From Elusimicrobiota bacterium (GTDB taxonomy: Bacteria > Elusimicrobiota > Elusimicrobia > UBA1565), in NCBI GenBank assembly GCA_043827405.1, contig JBDRPD010000013.1, positions 32,990 through 96,989 of the forward strand: DNA of 64,000 nucleotides, in the 5' to 3' direction. The position numbers and the translations under genes are program-made. Positions 1 to 9,146 of the stretch are shown piece after piece. How positions within the stretch are numbered: position 1 is the stretch's first letter; each line of letters begins with the position of its first letter. The notes under the pieces are model-generated. The model saw only the letters and a list, made by a program, of their open reading frames with translations. It ran no database searches and had not been told where the DNA came from.

Positions 1-231
1 GACGAAGAGGGGGTTATCTCCCCGCATAATGGAGCTGCGGGCGGCGATATGAGGCAGGCTCATGGCCCGCGCCTCCCACAGGGCGCTCTTCGCCGCGCGC
101 GCTCCCGAACGCGCGCCCCGCAGCGCGGGGCTGCGCCGCACGACAAGGTCGGCGACCTCGGTCAGCCCGGCGGCCGATGCCGAGAGCGGAATTAACAGCA
201 AAGCGGCAACGATAAGGTTCCGATAAATCAT
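1..231 (-). CDS. TolC-family outer-membrane protein, 5' part (runs off window)
   Basis: Not in ORF track; my translation from ATG 231: MIYRNLIVAALLLIPLSASAAGLTEVADLVVRRSPALRGARSGARAAKSALWEARAMSLPHIAARSSIMRGDNPLFV. Signal peptide, 'SPAL..A' helix and 'LP.I' pattern as in TolC/OEP N-termini; AGGAG RBS upstream; co-oriented with the sigma/anti-sigma genes. Confidence 0.6.
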   Translation of the reverse strand, partial: MIYRNLIVAALLLIPLSASAAGLTEVADLVVRRSPALRGARSGARAAKSALWEARAMSLPHIAARSSIMRGDNPLFV

Positions 232-274
232 GGCGTTTCTCCTGCTGTTTGGATGCAGAACGGAAGGAAAGGAT

Positions 275-532
275 TCAGGACTTCTTTAAGGAAAGCGCGC
301 ATTCTTTCAGCTGCGACCGCAGGCTGCGGCGCAATTTTGCGGGGAGCGAGGACCGGCGGCCCGCCTTGTTGACAATGCGGACCGACTTGCGCAAGGTGGC
401 GATAAAGGCTTTGCAGGGCTTGCATTTAGGCGCGTGCGCGTCGATCACGCGGCATAGCTTGGGATCAAGCTCGCCGTCGATATAGTCCGACAAGCGGTGG
501 ATCATGCCGCCGCAGCCGTGCTTTTTTTTCAT
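275..532 (-). CDS. Zinc-finger (zf-HC2/ZAS) anti-sigma factor
   Basis: C..LSDYIDGEL..HxxxCxxC motif; 4-bp overlap with the ECF sigma gene. Confidence 0.85.
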   Translation of the reverse strand: MKKKHGCGGMIHRLSDYIDGELDPKLCRVIDAHAPKCKPCKAFIATLRKSVRIVNKAGRRSSLPAKLRRSLRSQLKECALSLKKS

Positions 533-1107
533 GCGCGCCGCCCGCGAAAATAAGCGTCGAGCTTCTCGCGCAGAAACAGCCGCCCCCGGTGCAGCCGGGA
601 CTTCACCGCCGCCACGCTGATCTTAAGGATCTTGGCCGTTTCCTTGTTGGAAAGCTCCTCTATGTCGCGCAAGGTCAAAACCAGGCGGTACTCGACCGGC
701 AGCGCCGCCAGCGCCTTGGCCACCGCTTCGCCCAATTCTTTCTTCTTGGCCGCCTCTTCCGGCGAGGCGCCCCAGTCCTGGAACTCGCGCACCGGTCCCC
801 GCGGTCCGTCCAGGACGCGGACGAAGGGCTGCCGCTTCTTTTTGCGGTAGCGCATCCAGCACAGGTTGGAGGCGATGCGGTAGAGCCAGGTACCCAGGCC
901 CGATGCGCCGCGGAACTTGCGGATTCCCTTGAAGGCGGTGAGAAAAGTCTCCTGGTAAACGCCGTCCGCTTCGGCGGGCATGCCGGCACAGACGCTCTGC
1001 GCCAGGCGGAAGATCTTGTCCTCGTGGCGGCGGATGAGCTTGCCGAAAGCTCCGGGGTCGCCGTTTTTGCTGGCCGCGATCAGCGCGGACTCCGTATCGG
1101 TTCTCAT
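529..1107 (-). CDS. ECF RNA polymerase sigma-70 factor
   Basis: Region 2 (QETFL..F.G.S..GTWLYRIA.N) and region 4 (LP..YR.VL.LRD.E.LS..E.A.IL......VKSRLHRGR); ATG 1107 preferred over TTG 1113. Confidence 0.92.
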   Translation of the reverse strand: MRTDTESALIAASKNGDPGAFGKLIRRHEDKIFRLAQSVCAGMPAEADGVYQETFLTAFKGIRKFRGASGLGTWLYRIASNLCWMRYRKKKRQPFVRVLDGPRGPVREFQDWGASPEEAAKKKELGEAVAKALAALPVEYRLVLTLRDIEELSNKETAKILKISVAAVKSRLHRGRLFLREKLDAYFRGRRA

Positions 1108-1143
1108 TCCCAATTATTTATCTTACAACTTGTGACCGTCCGC

Positions 1144-1172
1144 TTGACTTGCTGGGATTAATTTTTTATCAT
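1144..1172 (+). promoter_or_regulatory. Sigma70-type promoter of fur
   Basis: TTGACT(1144-1149)-N17-TATCAT(1167-1172). Confidence 0.7.
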
Positions 1173-1175
1173 TAT

Positions 1176-1190
1176 TGATATTAAGTATCA
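1176..1190. promoter_or_regulatory. Fur-box-like operator upstream of fur
   Basis: TGATATT-A-AGTATCA resembles the 7-1-7 TGATAAT-N-ATTATCA Fur core; lies between the -10 and the start codon. Confidence 0.75.
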
Positions 1191-1192
1191 TT

Positions 1193-1645
1193 ATGAAAAC
1201 AGCTAGAACCAGCCCCGCACGCCAGGCCAAAGAACTCTTTATTGAATACCTCGCCGCCCATGGCCTGCGCTTCACGCGTCAGCGGCTGCTGGTTTTAGAC
1301 CACCTGCTCAGCTCCGGCAAGCATCAGAGCACCGATGCGATATATCAAACCCTCCGCCGGCAGGGAGTCGGCCGCGCCACCGTCTTTAGAAACCTTAAAA
1401 TGCTGGCTAAGTGCGGCATTATCAGCAATATTCGCGATCCAAAAGGTATTTCCAATTTTGAAGTAACACATAACCGGCCGCATCATGACCACCTAATCTG
1501 CATTAAATGCGATGCCATCCACGAGGTTCGCTGGCCCGAATTAGAACGCATTCAGCAGCGTATATGTCGGAAAACCGGATTTGAGCCGCGCTGGCATCGG
1601 CATGAAATATTTGGCGTCTGCGCGCGGTGTCGGAAAGCACGGTAG
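1193..1645 (+). CDS. fur: Fur-family transcriptional regulator
   Basis: GLRFTRQR, ATVFRNL, HHDHLICIKC and C-terminal CARC motifs; ATG 1193. Confidence 0.92.
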   Translation: MKTARTSPARQAKELFIEYLAAHGLRFTRQRLLVLDHLLSSGKHQSTDAIYQTLRRQGVGRATVFRNLKMLAKCGIISNIRDPKGISNFEVTHNRPHHDHLICIKCDAIHEVRWPELERIQQRICRKTGFEPRWHRHEIFGVCARCRKAR

Positions 1646-1665
1646 CTGTTTTTTTAAATTACTAT

Positions 1666-1680
1666 TGATACTCTGTATCA
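1666..1680. promoter_or_regulatory. Second Fur-box-like operator, upstream of the porin
   Basis: TGATAC-TCT-GTATCA perfect inverted repeat in the same TAT-[box]-T context as the fur box; TACTAT -10 at 1660-1665. Confidence 0.75.
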
Positions 1681-1693
1681 TGAAGGGGGAAGC

Positions 1694-2932
1694 ATGAAAT
1701 ACCCGCTGCTCGCCTTAATGGCCCTGCTCGCGTCCGGTCCGGCGTTGGCGCAGGACCGCCTGACAGAGATGGAGCGCAAGCTTGAAGTTCTTGGCGCGGA
1801 GATCGAACGCTTGAAGCTTGACGGTACGCCGTCATCGCCCGGCGGGAGCGCCGGCGCCAACACCACCCTGGGCGGCTATGGAGAAATGGTTTACCAAAAC
1901 TACCGCCAGCGCCGGCAGGACGGCGCCGTCGCCGGCCAGCGCGACACCATCGACATGTATCGCACCGTCGCTTATATCGGCCACAAGTTCAACGACTGGA
2001 TCACCCTGCACTCGGAGATTGAGTTCGAACATGGGACCGACAGCACGCGCGGCGAGGTCTCAGTGGAGCAGGCGGCGCTGGACCTGGCGTTTAAGAAGTG
2101 GTTTGGACTGCGCGCCGGCATGATGCTGATGCCGGTGGGAATTATCAACGAGACACACGAACCCAATACGTACCACGGTGCCCTGCGCCCCAGCGTGGAG
2201 TCAAAGATCATCCCCAGCACCTGGCGGGAGAACGGCATCGGCATTTTCGGCACCGCCGGCCCGCTAAGCTACCGCTCCTATATAGTCGCCGGCCTGCAGG
2301 CGGCCAACGCCTCCAGCGTCAGCGGCTTTAATCACAGCAGCGGCGTACGCAGCGGCCGTTCCAAGGGCTCCAAGAGCTTCGCCGACGACCTGGCCTGGGT
2401 CGGCCGCATCGACGTCTCGCCGCTGGCCGGCCTATCCGCCGGCGGCTCGCTCTACATCGGTGAGGCCGACCAGAGCCAGCTCAGCCTGCCCTCCGTCCCG
2501 GTAACCATTTGGGAGCTGCATACTGACGCCAAATGGCGCGGCGCCGAACTGCGCGGCCTCTTCGCTAAAGTGAAGATCGGCAGCGTCGACGAACTCAACG
2601 TGGTCCAGGGCGTGGCTGCGGGCTCCAACAGCTCGATCGGCTCGGAGATGTTCGGCGTCTACCTCCACGCCGCCTACAACATCTTTACTCTGTGGCCGGG
2701 AAGCGGCGAGCAGTATCTGGCACCGTTTTTCCGCTTCGAGCGCTACGATACGCAGCACAAGGTTCCGGACGCTTGGAACAAAAACCCGGCCAACAACCGC
2801 ATCGAGTATACGGTGGGCCTCACCTACCGGCCGCATCCACGGGTGGCGCTAAAGCTCGACCATCAGTTCATGCGCAACCTGGCGCGCACCGGCATCGAGC
2901 AGACCAACTTTGGCGTTGGCTATGCGTTCTAG
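1694..2932 (+). CDS. Outer-membrane porin-like beta-barrel (OprO/OprP-like)
   Basis: Signal peptide, short coiled coil, GGYGE..Y, SEIEFEH, HEP.TY motifs, C-terminal GVGYAF. Confidence 0.8.
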   Translation: MKYPLLALMALLASGPALAQDRLTEMERKLEVLGAEIERLKLDGTPSSPGGSAGANTTLGGYGEMVYQNYRQRRQDGAVAGQRDTIDMYRTVAYIGHKFNDWITLHSEIEFEHGTDSTRGEVSVEQAALDLAFKKWFGLRAGMMLMPVGIINETHEPNTYHGALRPSVESKIIPSTWRENGIGIFGTAGPLSYRSYIVAGLQAANASSVSGFNHSSGVRSGRSKGSKSFADDLAWVGRIDVSPLAGLSAGGSLYIGEADQSQLSLPSVPVTIWELHTDAKWRGAELRGLFAKVKIGSVDELNVVQGVAAGSNSSIGSEMFGVYLHAAYNIFTLWPGSGEQYLAPFFRFERYDTQHKVPDAWNKNPANNRIEYTVGLTYRPHPRVALKLDHQFMRNLARTGIEQTNFGVGYAF

Positions 2933-3461
2933 CTTATTCCTTGTCTGGTTCGCGGCATCCGCGGCGCTGTTGTCAGCGGCGCTCGCGGATGCCGCGGACT
3001 CCTCCCGCGAGCGAGCGCTCCAGCGCGCCTTCCCCGCGGCGGCCGTCGAACGCAGGACGGCCTACTTATCCGCGGCGCAGCTGACAACGGCCAATGAAAA
3101 TGCGGACTCGACAACCGAAATCGAGTCGCGAATCTGGACCTACTATGTCGGCAGTAATTCGGCGGGAGTTGTCGGCTTCGCCTATTTTGATCGCTTAATA
3201 ATCCGCGCCGCGCCCGCCGTTATCATGACGGTCGTCGCTCCGGACGGACGGCTGCGCAGCATCGAGGCCGTTGAGTTCAACGGCCCGCCGGAGCGCGCGC
3301 CCACCCGCGCCTTCCTGAAAGGTCTGCGCGGCATGAGCCTCGGCAGTGAAATCCGGCTGGGCGCGGGAGTCGACGGCATCTCCGGCGCCACCTACACCTC
3401 CATGACTTTGGTCGACGCGGCCCGGCGCGCTCTGGCAATCCACTCCGTTTTGCACCCCTAA
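2922..3461 (+). CDS. Exported FMN-binding-domain protein
   Basis: Signal peptide; DGISGATYTS flavinylation-type motif; overlaps the porin stop. Confidence 0.8.
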   Translation: MRSSLFLVWFAASAALLSAALADAADSSRERALQRAFPAAAVERRTAYLSAAQLTTANENADSTTEIESRIWTYYVGSNSAGVVGFAYFDRLIIRAAPAVIMTVVAPDGRLRSIEAVEFNGPPERAPTRAFLKGLRGMSLGSEIRLGAGVDGISGATYTSMTLVDAARRALAIHSVLHP

Positions 3462-3481
3462 ACGCTATAATCAAAGGCGTC

Positions 3482-4900
3482 ATGCATGACGTCGCCATCA
3501 TCGGCGGAGGAGTCATCGGCTGCGCCATCGCGCGCGGGCTTTCGCGCTTCAAGCTGCGGGTAGTCCTCGTCGAGAGCTGCGAAGAGGTGGGCTTCGGCAC
3601 CACTAAAACCAACAGCGGCATCATCCATGCCGGACACCACAGCCCGCCGGGCACGCTGAAGGGGGAACTGGCGGTGCGCGGCAATGCGCTTTTCGACCGC
3701 CTGCACGCCGAGCTGAACTTCGGCTTCAAGCGCATCGGGGAGCTGGTTGTCGCGCGCGAGCAGGTAGACCTGCCGGTCCTCGACCGGCTTAAGGCGCAGG
3801 GAGAGAAGAAAGGCGTCGCCGGCCTCGAGATCTGGGACGCCGCGCGCCTGCGGCGCGAAGAGCCGAACCTCTCGCCGAAGCTTTTGGGCGCGCTCCATGC
3901 TCCGTCCGCCGGCGTTATCAACCCCTACGAGTTCGCCTTCGCCCTGATCGAGAACGCCCAGGACAACGGCGTCGAGCTGCGCGTCAACAGCCCGGTGCAA
4001 AGCATCGAAAGCGACGGCGACGGCCTAACGCTGCGCACGCCCACCGCCGCCATCCGCTCACGCTTCGCGCTCAACTGCGCCGGCGTCTTCGCCGACGATA
4101 TCGCGCGCATGCTCGGCCTCAAGGACTTTAGAATCCTGCCCCGCAAGGGCGAGGAGTATATGCTCGACAAGCGTCTTGAAGGCCTGGTCCGGCGCCTGAT
4201 CTTCCCGGTGCCGCAGAAGACGACCAAGGGCATCCTCATCATCCCGACTTTCGACGGCACCATAATGGTCGGGCCCACCGCCGAGGACACCGCGGACCGC
4301 CATGATTTGGCCACCACCCCGGAAGGCGCGGAGAAGGTCTTTAGCTTTGTCCGCGGCATGTGCCCGTCCATCGCGGAACGGGACACCATCACCGAATTCG
4401 CGGGCCTGCGCGCGGTCAGCGACAGCAACGACTTCATCATCGGACCGACCGCGGTAAAAGGCTTCATCAACGTCGCCGGCATCCAATCCCCCGGCCTGAC
4501 CTCGGCGCCGGCCATCGCCGAGCGGGTCGTGGAGATCCTCAAGGACGAAGGCCTGCGGCTCGACCGGAAAAAAGGATTCAACCCCAAGCATCAGGGACCC
4601 GCGCGCTTCGCCTCGCTCGACCTGGAAGCGCGCCGGAAGCTGATCAAAAAGGATCGCCTGTTCGGCAGGGTGGTCTGCCGCTGCGAGCTGATAACCGAGG
4701 CCGAAATCCGCAGCGCCGTCGACAGCGGCGCCCGCACCCTGGATGGGATCAAGTTCCGCACCCGGGCCGGCATGGGCCGCTGTCAGGGCAGCTTCTGCAC
4801 CACCCGCTGCCTGGACACTTTGGCCGAGCGTCTCAACAAGCCGCTGCATGCCATCACCAAACGCGGCGGGAAGTCCTGGCTGACGGAGGCCATGGACTGA
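3482..4900 (+). CDS. FAD-dependent oxidoreductase, glycerol-3-phosphate dehydrogenase/L-2-hydroxyglutarate oxidase-like, with C-terminal BFD-like [2Fe-2S] domain
   Basis: GGGVIG, NSGIIHAG, IQSPGLTSAPAIA, CRCE...RTRAGMGRCQGSFC. Confidence 0.88.
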   Translation: MHDVAIIGGGVIGCAIARGLSRFKLRVVLVESCEEVGFGTTKTNSGIIHAGHHSPPGTLKGELAVRGNALFDRLHAELNFGFKRIGELVVAREQVDLPVLDRLKAQGEKKGVAGLEIWDAARLRREEPNLSPKLLGALHAPSAGVINPYEFAFALIENAQDNGVELRVNSPVQSIESDGDGLTLRTPTAAIRSRFALNCAGVFADDIARMLGLKDFRILPRKGEEYMLDKRLEGLVRRLIFPVPQKTTKGILIIPTFDGTIMVGPTAEDTADRHDLATTPEGAEKVFSFVRGMCPSIAERDTITEFAGLRAVSDSNDFIIGPTAVKGFINVAGIQSPGLTSAPAIAERVVEILKDEGLRLDRKKGFNPKHQGPARFASLDLEARRKLIKKDRLFGRVVCRCELITEAEIRSAVDSGARTLDGIKFRTRAGMGRCQGSFCTTRCLDTLAERLNKPLHAITKRGGKSWLTEAMD

Positions 4901-6183
4901 TGCTCGGCCGGATGCAAGGACGCTATGATGCGGTAGTGGTCGGCGGCGGCCCCGCCGGCATGGGCGCGGCCCTGGGCGCCCGCGACGCCGGGGCCAGGCG
5001 CGTGCTTATCGTCGACCGCGAGCCGGAAGCCGGCGGCATCCTGCACCAGTGCATTCACTCGGGCTTCGGCCTGCACTACTTTAAAGAAGAGCTGACCGGC
5101 CCCGAATACGCCGAACGTTTTTTCGCCCAGGTGATCGACCGGGACGTGGACCTGGCGACCGACAGCTATGTCTGCGGCGTGGCGGTCGACTCCAACGGCA
5201 GCAAGCGCGTCCGCATTATGAGCGAGGCGCGCGGCCTCTCGACCATAGAGACCAAGACGGTGGTGCTCGCCATGGGCTGCCGCGAGCGCACGCGCGGCGC
5301 CATCCGCATCCCGGGAACCCGCCCCGCCGGGATCATGACCGCCGGCCTGGCGCAGAAGCTGGTCAATATGAAGGGCCTGCTGCCGGGCAGAAAAATTGCG
5401 ATCCTGGGCTCGGGAGACATCGGCCTGATCATGGCGCGGCGTCTCGCCCTCGAGGGCTGCGAGGTGGTCGGCGTCTATGAGCTGATGCCTTATTCCAACG
5501 GCCTGACCCGCAATGTCGTGCAATGCCTCGATGATTTTAATATCCCGCTGCATCTATCTACCACCGTGGCCTGCATCCACGGCCGCGACCGGGTGGAGAA
5601 GGTGACGGTCGCGCCGGTCGACAAGGAGCTGCGGCCGATTGCGCGCCGCGCCAAGGATGTCGCCTGCGACACTTTGCTCATGTCGATCGGCCTGATCCCG
5701 GAAAACGAACTGTCGCACGGCCTCGGCATTGACCTCGACCCCATCACCGGCGGCCCGCGCGTATCGAGCGCTCTGGAGACCAGCATGCCGGGCATGTTCG
5801 CCTGCGGCAATGTCCTGCACGTTCACGACGTGGTGGACTTCGTCACCCGGGAAGCGCTGCTGGCGGGACGCTACGCCGGAGAATGGGCGCAGGGCATCCG
5901 GCGGCCCGCCGACAATATCCGCCTCGTCGCCGGCGACAATGTCCGCTACTGCCTGCCGCAGTCGCTGAGCCCCGAACGCGAGCATACGATCTACCTGCGC
6001 TGCAAAGAGGCCGTGAAGCCCTGCGTGATCCGCGTCGGCGGCATTATGGAGAAGAAGCTCCGCTTCGTGGTCCCCGCCGAAATGATCATGCTCACCATCC
6101 GCCCGGACGTGCTCGAGCAGTTTCAGGGCGACTCCCTGCGCATCGACATCCTGCCCGCCGAAAAGAAGGTTAAGCGTGCCTAA
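4900..6183 (+). CDS. NAD(P)/FAD-dependent pyridine nucleotide-disulfide oxidoreductase
   Basis: GGGPAG, QCIHSGFG, GSGDIG, CGNVLHVHD; ATG overlaps the upstream TGA (TGATG). Confidence 0.88.
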   Translation: MLGRMQGRYDAVVVGGGPAGMGAALGARDAGARRVLIVDREPEAGGILHQCIHSGFGLHYFKEELTGPEYAERFFAQVIDRDVDLATDSYVCGVAVDSNGSKRVRIMSEARGLSTIETKTVVLAMGCRERTRGAIRIPGTRPAGIMTAGLAQKLVNMKGLLPGRKIAILGSGDIGLIMARRLALEGCEVVGVYELMPYSNGLTRNVVQCLDDFNIPLHLSTTVACIHGRDRVEKVTVAPVDKELRPIARRAKDVACDTLLMSIGLIPENELSHGLGIDLDPITGGPRVSSALETSMPGMFACGNVLHVHDVVDFVTREALLAGRYAGEWAQGIRRPADNIRLVAGDNVRYCLPQSLSPEREHTIYLRCKEAVKPCVIRVGGIMEKKLRFVVPAEMIMLTIRPDVLEQFQGDSLRIDILPAEKKVKRA

Positions 6184-6553
6184 GACCGAAAACTACACCT
6201 GCGTGCGCTGCCCGATGGGCTGTCCCTTGCGGCTCGCGCATGAGGGAAAGAAGATCGTCGAGGTCTCCGGCAATGAGTGCAACCGCGGCGCCAAATACGC
6301 CCGCCAGGAGTTCACTGAGCCCCGGCGCGAACTCAGCACCACAGTGGCGATATCCGGCGGCCTCTGGGCGCGCCTGCCGGTCAAGGTGAAGGGCGGGGTG
6401 CATAAGAAGCGAGTCCTGGAAGCGGCGCGCGAAATCCATAAACTGCGGGCCAAGGCTCCGGTCAAGGCGGGCCAGGTGCTGCTCAAGAACCTGCTGGGCG
6501 AAAAGGGCGCGGATGTGGTGGCTTGCCGCACGATGAGACAGGTCGGCGGCTAG
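6176..6553 (+). CDS. DUF1667 small Cys-cluster protein
   Basis: CVRCPMGC...GNECNRG..YA; usual third member of this oxidoreductase triplet. Confidence 0.85.
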   Translation: MPKTENYTCVRCPMGCPLRLAHEGKKIVEVSGNECNRGAKYARQEFTEPRRELSTTVAISGGLWARLPVKVKGGVHKKRVLEAAREIHKLRAKAPVKAGQVLLKNLLGEKGADVVACRTMRQVGG

Positions 6554-6780
6554 GAGGTCCGCTCGCAGCGGCAGCAGTTATGCTTGTCGAGCAATAAGCA
6601 GGGGCAAACCTTGAGCGCCCGGGCGATCTTATCCAGCGTGGGCAGGCTGGGCAGCTTGGTGCCGCGCTCTATGTGGCCGAGAAAGGTGTAATGGATGCCG
6701 GCCCGGTCGCTAAGGTCTTCCTGGGTCAGCCCCCTATCCAAGCGATACTTCTTAATGCTCTTGCCTAAAGCTTTAAGCAT
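6550..6780 (-). CDS. XRE/Cro-type HTH regulator with Cys-rich tail
   Basis: RGLTQEDLS..AGIH..FLGHIERG..LPSL.TL.KIARAL; tail CPCLLLDKHNCCRC. Confidence 0.85.
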   Translation of the reverse strand: MLKALGKSIKKYRLDRGLTQEDLSDRAGIHYTFLGHIERGTKLPSLPTLDKIARALKVCPCLLLDKHNCCRCERTS

Positions 6781-6988
6781 GGATATATCCCCTTGCCGTA
6801 GGTCCCAAAATACTACACCAAGCGCGGAATTTTATGAACAGCCTCACGGTCGCATCCCGCCCCATCATCTCAGCATACTTTAGCCGCCCGCGCTCACGTA
6901 TTCCTCAAATCTACCGGTGATAAACCTCAAGAAAATAAAACGGCAAATATGACTGCAGGACTCTACCCTAATTTTTCCGCATCATGTA

Positions 6989-7345
6989 ATGTACACGCAG
7001 ATGGGACATCTATTGGTCATCGACAATGACGAATCAGTGCTGCGCGTGCTTAACAAGTTTTTGACCGCCCAAGGCTTCATGGTCGACACGGCGACACGCC
7101 CCCCCGAAGTATCCGGCTCCTACTCCCTGATCCTGCTCGACATCATGATTTCCGGCCATCACGTTCTAGAAACCATCCGCTGCCTGCGCGAAAAACTGCC
7201 GGAAACACCGATTCTTCTAATCACCGGCGGCGCTGATCAGAAACTGATAGAAGAAGCCCGCGCGCTGGGCGCGGCGGGACCGGTGAGAAAACCCTTCGAC
7301 TTCGACGAACTGCGGGGCGCTATCGCGGACCTGCTCGGCCGTTAG
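6989..7345 (+). CDS. Single-domain response regulator (REC)
   Basis: LLVIDND, LLDIMI phospho-Asp, ITG, KPF; alternative start 7001. Confidence 0.85.
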   Translation: MYTQMGHLLVIDNDESVLRVLNKFLTAQGFMVDTATRPPEVSGSYSLILLDIMISGHHVLETIRCLREKLPETPILLITGGADQKLIEEARALGAAGPVRKPFDFDELRGAIADLLGR

Positions 7346-7365
7346 CGGCGGGGAGGGCGGCTCGC

Positions 7366-8904
7366 TTACTTCTTCGCCGGCCGGGGTTCGGCGGCTTTGC
7401 GGAAGGTTCCCATCGCGAACTGTCGTCCGCCCACCGTTACTCGCGAGGTACTGCCGCTGAGATGGATAATTGATCCGTCCTTGCGTTTAAAGGGCAGCGA
7501 TTTTACAACCGCCGACTCCCCACGGAACAGCTTCTTGAAATCCGCATGCACCTTGGCGTGGGCTTCTTTGGAATGACAGTCCAAAACAGAAAGTTTCAGG
7601 AATTCCTTTTCGGAATAGCCCAACATCGCGCAGAATATTTTATTACAGCCCGTAAGCCGGCGCGTCTTGACATCCACAATAACAAAGCCGTCCGGCGCAT
7701 TCTCAAACAAGGCTCGATATCTCTGCTCGCTGTCGATCAGGGCATTCTCCAGCTTCTTCTGCTCCGTATTGTCGCGGATGGACAAAATGATCCGAACCGG
7801 CGTCTCGCCATGCGCCGCGAGACTATTGGCGTCAACAATAACTTCGATATCGGTTCCGTCGAAATGCTTCAGCACAAAACTGCGCCGGCGCGCGAAGCCC
7901 GCCTCACCGAGCTCCTCAAGCAGATCATTGAGCTTGCCGTGCAGTTCCGGATGGACGAGCTTGCTCAGCGGCTGACCCAAAAGTCTTTCCTTCGAGCGGC
8001 CCAAGATCGTTGATGCCCGGTCGTTGCATTCCGCGATGGTCCCGTCCGCGTCCACCGACAGCATAAGATGCGGCGCGTTCTCAAAAATCAGCTTATAGGT
8101 CTTTTTGGTTTCCTGCACATCGTCGGCGGCGCGCAGCTGCCGCGTCCGGTCCTGATATACCGCGACGACATCGCCCATCGGCAGCTTGTAGACGTAGTTT
8201 TCCCGATAGCCGCAAATGCGCTGATCTTTATACAGGCCCACGGGATGATGTTCGGGCCGCCCGGTTTTCCATACCCGTTTTAACACATCAAAGAGGCCGA
8301 ACATCTCTACCCCGGGGAAAGAGGCGCGCAGGCTGCGGCCGACGACATGCTCGCGCTGCACCTTCTCGGTCCTTTCCGCGGCGTTATTAAAATCAACAAA
8401 GACGAAGTCCCGCCCGCCGTCCACCGCGCGGTAGACCGCCACGCAGATATTCAAGCTCTCGAAGAGCTGGTGAAACCGCTCCTCGTTTTTATTCACCCGC
8501 CGGGACATGTCCATCTGATGCTCAATAACGCACAGCAGGCTCTTGCCGTCATAGATCGGCCGGCCCAAAATCTTCATCTTTTTCTGCCGGCCCTTTTCGT
8601 CCTTATGGGAATGCTCGAGCGTAACAGACTGCTTGGTCTGCTTGAGCAGCTTGATCGTGCATGCTTCCCCTTCCGCATCGCAAGGGAGCGCTCGACCATG
8701 CGTCAGCTCATAGCACTTGATCCCTTCGGGCAGCCGGCGCAGGCTCCATAGAGCCAGGGCCGCCGGATTGGCGTAGATCACGGTGTAATCCTCGGGATTG
8801 ATAACGTAAACCGGCTCGGGATTGGAGTCGATGACGGAGCTCAGCGGAACTGTCGTGAGCGCCGCCGCCTTCTTCTTTTTACTCTGTGCTTTCTTTTTTG
8901 CCAT
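7366..8904 (-). CDS. Multi-PAS-domain protein without output domain
   Basis: About four PAS repeats (VIYANPAA; FVDFNNAAE; LIFENAP..CN; ALFENAPDG..CN..FC.MLGYS); start MAKKK at 8904. Confidence 0.8.
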   Translation of the reverse strand: MAKKKAQSKKKKAAALTTVPLSSVIDSNPEPVYVINPEDYTVIYANPAALALWSLRRLPEGIKCYELTHGRALPCDAEGEACTIKLLKQTKQSVTLEHSHKDEKGRQKKMKILGRPIYDGKSLLCVIEHQMDMSRRVNKNEERFHQLFESLNICVAVYRAVDGGRDFVFVDFNNAAERTEKVQREHVVGRSLRASFPGVEMFGLFDVLKRVWKTGRPEHHPVGLYKDQRICGYRENYVYKLPMGDVVAVYQDRTRQLRAADDVQETKKTYKLIFENAPHLMLSVDADGTIAECNDRASTILGRSKERLLGQPLSKLVHPELHGKLNDLLEELGEAGFARRRSFVLKHFDGTDIEVIVDANSLAAHGETPVRIILSIRDNTEQKKLENALIDSEQRYRALFENAPDGFVIVDVKTRRLTGCNKIFCAMLGYSEKEFLKLSVLDCHSKEAHAKVHADFKKLFRGESAVVKSLPFKRKDGSIIHLSGSTSRVTVGGRQFAMGTFRKAAEPRPAKK

Positions 8905-8972
8905 GTCGCGAATGGGGGATATACGTCGCAGACACTTTAGCAAGATGCGCTGCCGGCACACAAGAATGGGCA

Positions 8973-9012
8973 TGGGCCCTTGGGCCCACATTATCCTGGG
9001 TCCCTGGGCCCT
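8973..9012. promoter_or_regulatory. Pair of 16-bp palindromic boxes
   Basis: TGGGCCCTTGGGCCCA (8973-8988) and TGGGTCCCTGGGCCCT (8997-9012), starts 24 bp apart. Confidence 0.55.
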
Positions 9013-9112
9013 CGTTGTTTTGCGCCTTCCCGCTACCCTACTAGGGTACCCTTGTAATCCTTGCGATCGGGCATGGGAGCATCCACCTCCGGACCATATT
9101 CCGGAGTCACCA

Positions 9113-9146
9113 GGGGACGGTAAACAAGCCGTTCCCGTTTCTTTTT
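9113..9146 (+). terminator. Intrinsic-terminator-like hairpin in the 5' leader of the 9157 gene
   Basis: GGGGACGGT-AAACAA-GCCGTTCCC followed by GTTTCTTTTT, directly before the GGAGGT RBS. Confidence 0.6.

Noticed and set aside
4360..4899. 180-aa N-terminal extension of the second oxidoreductase
   Set aside because: Overlaps the upstream gene in another frame and is Arg/Pro-rich noise; the coupled ATG at 4900 fits.
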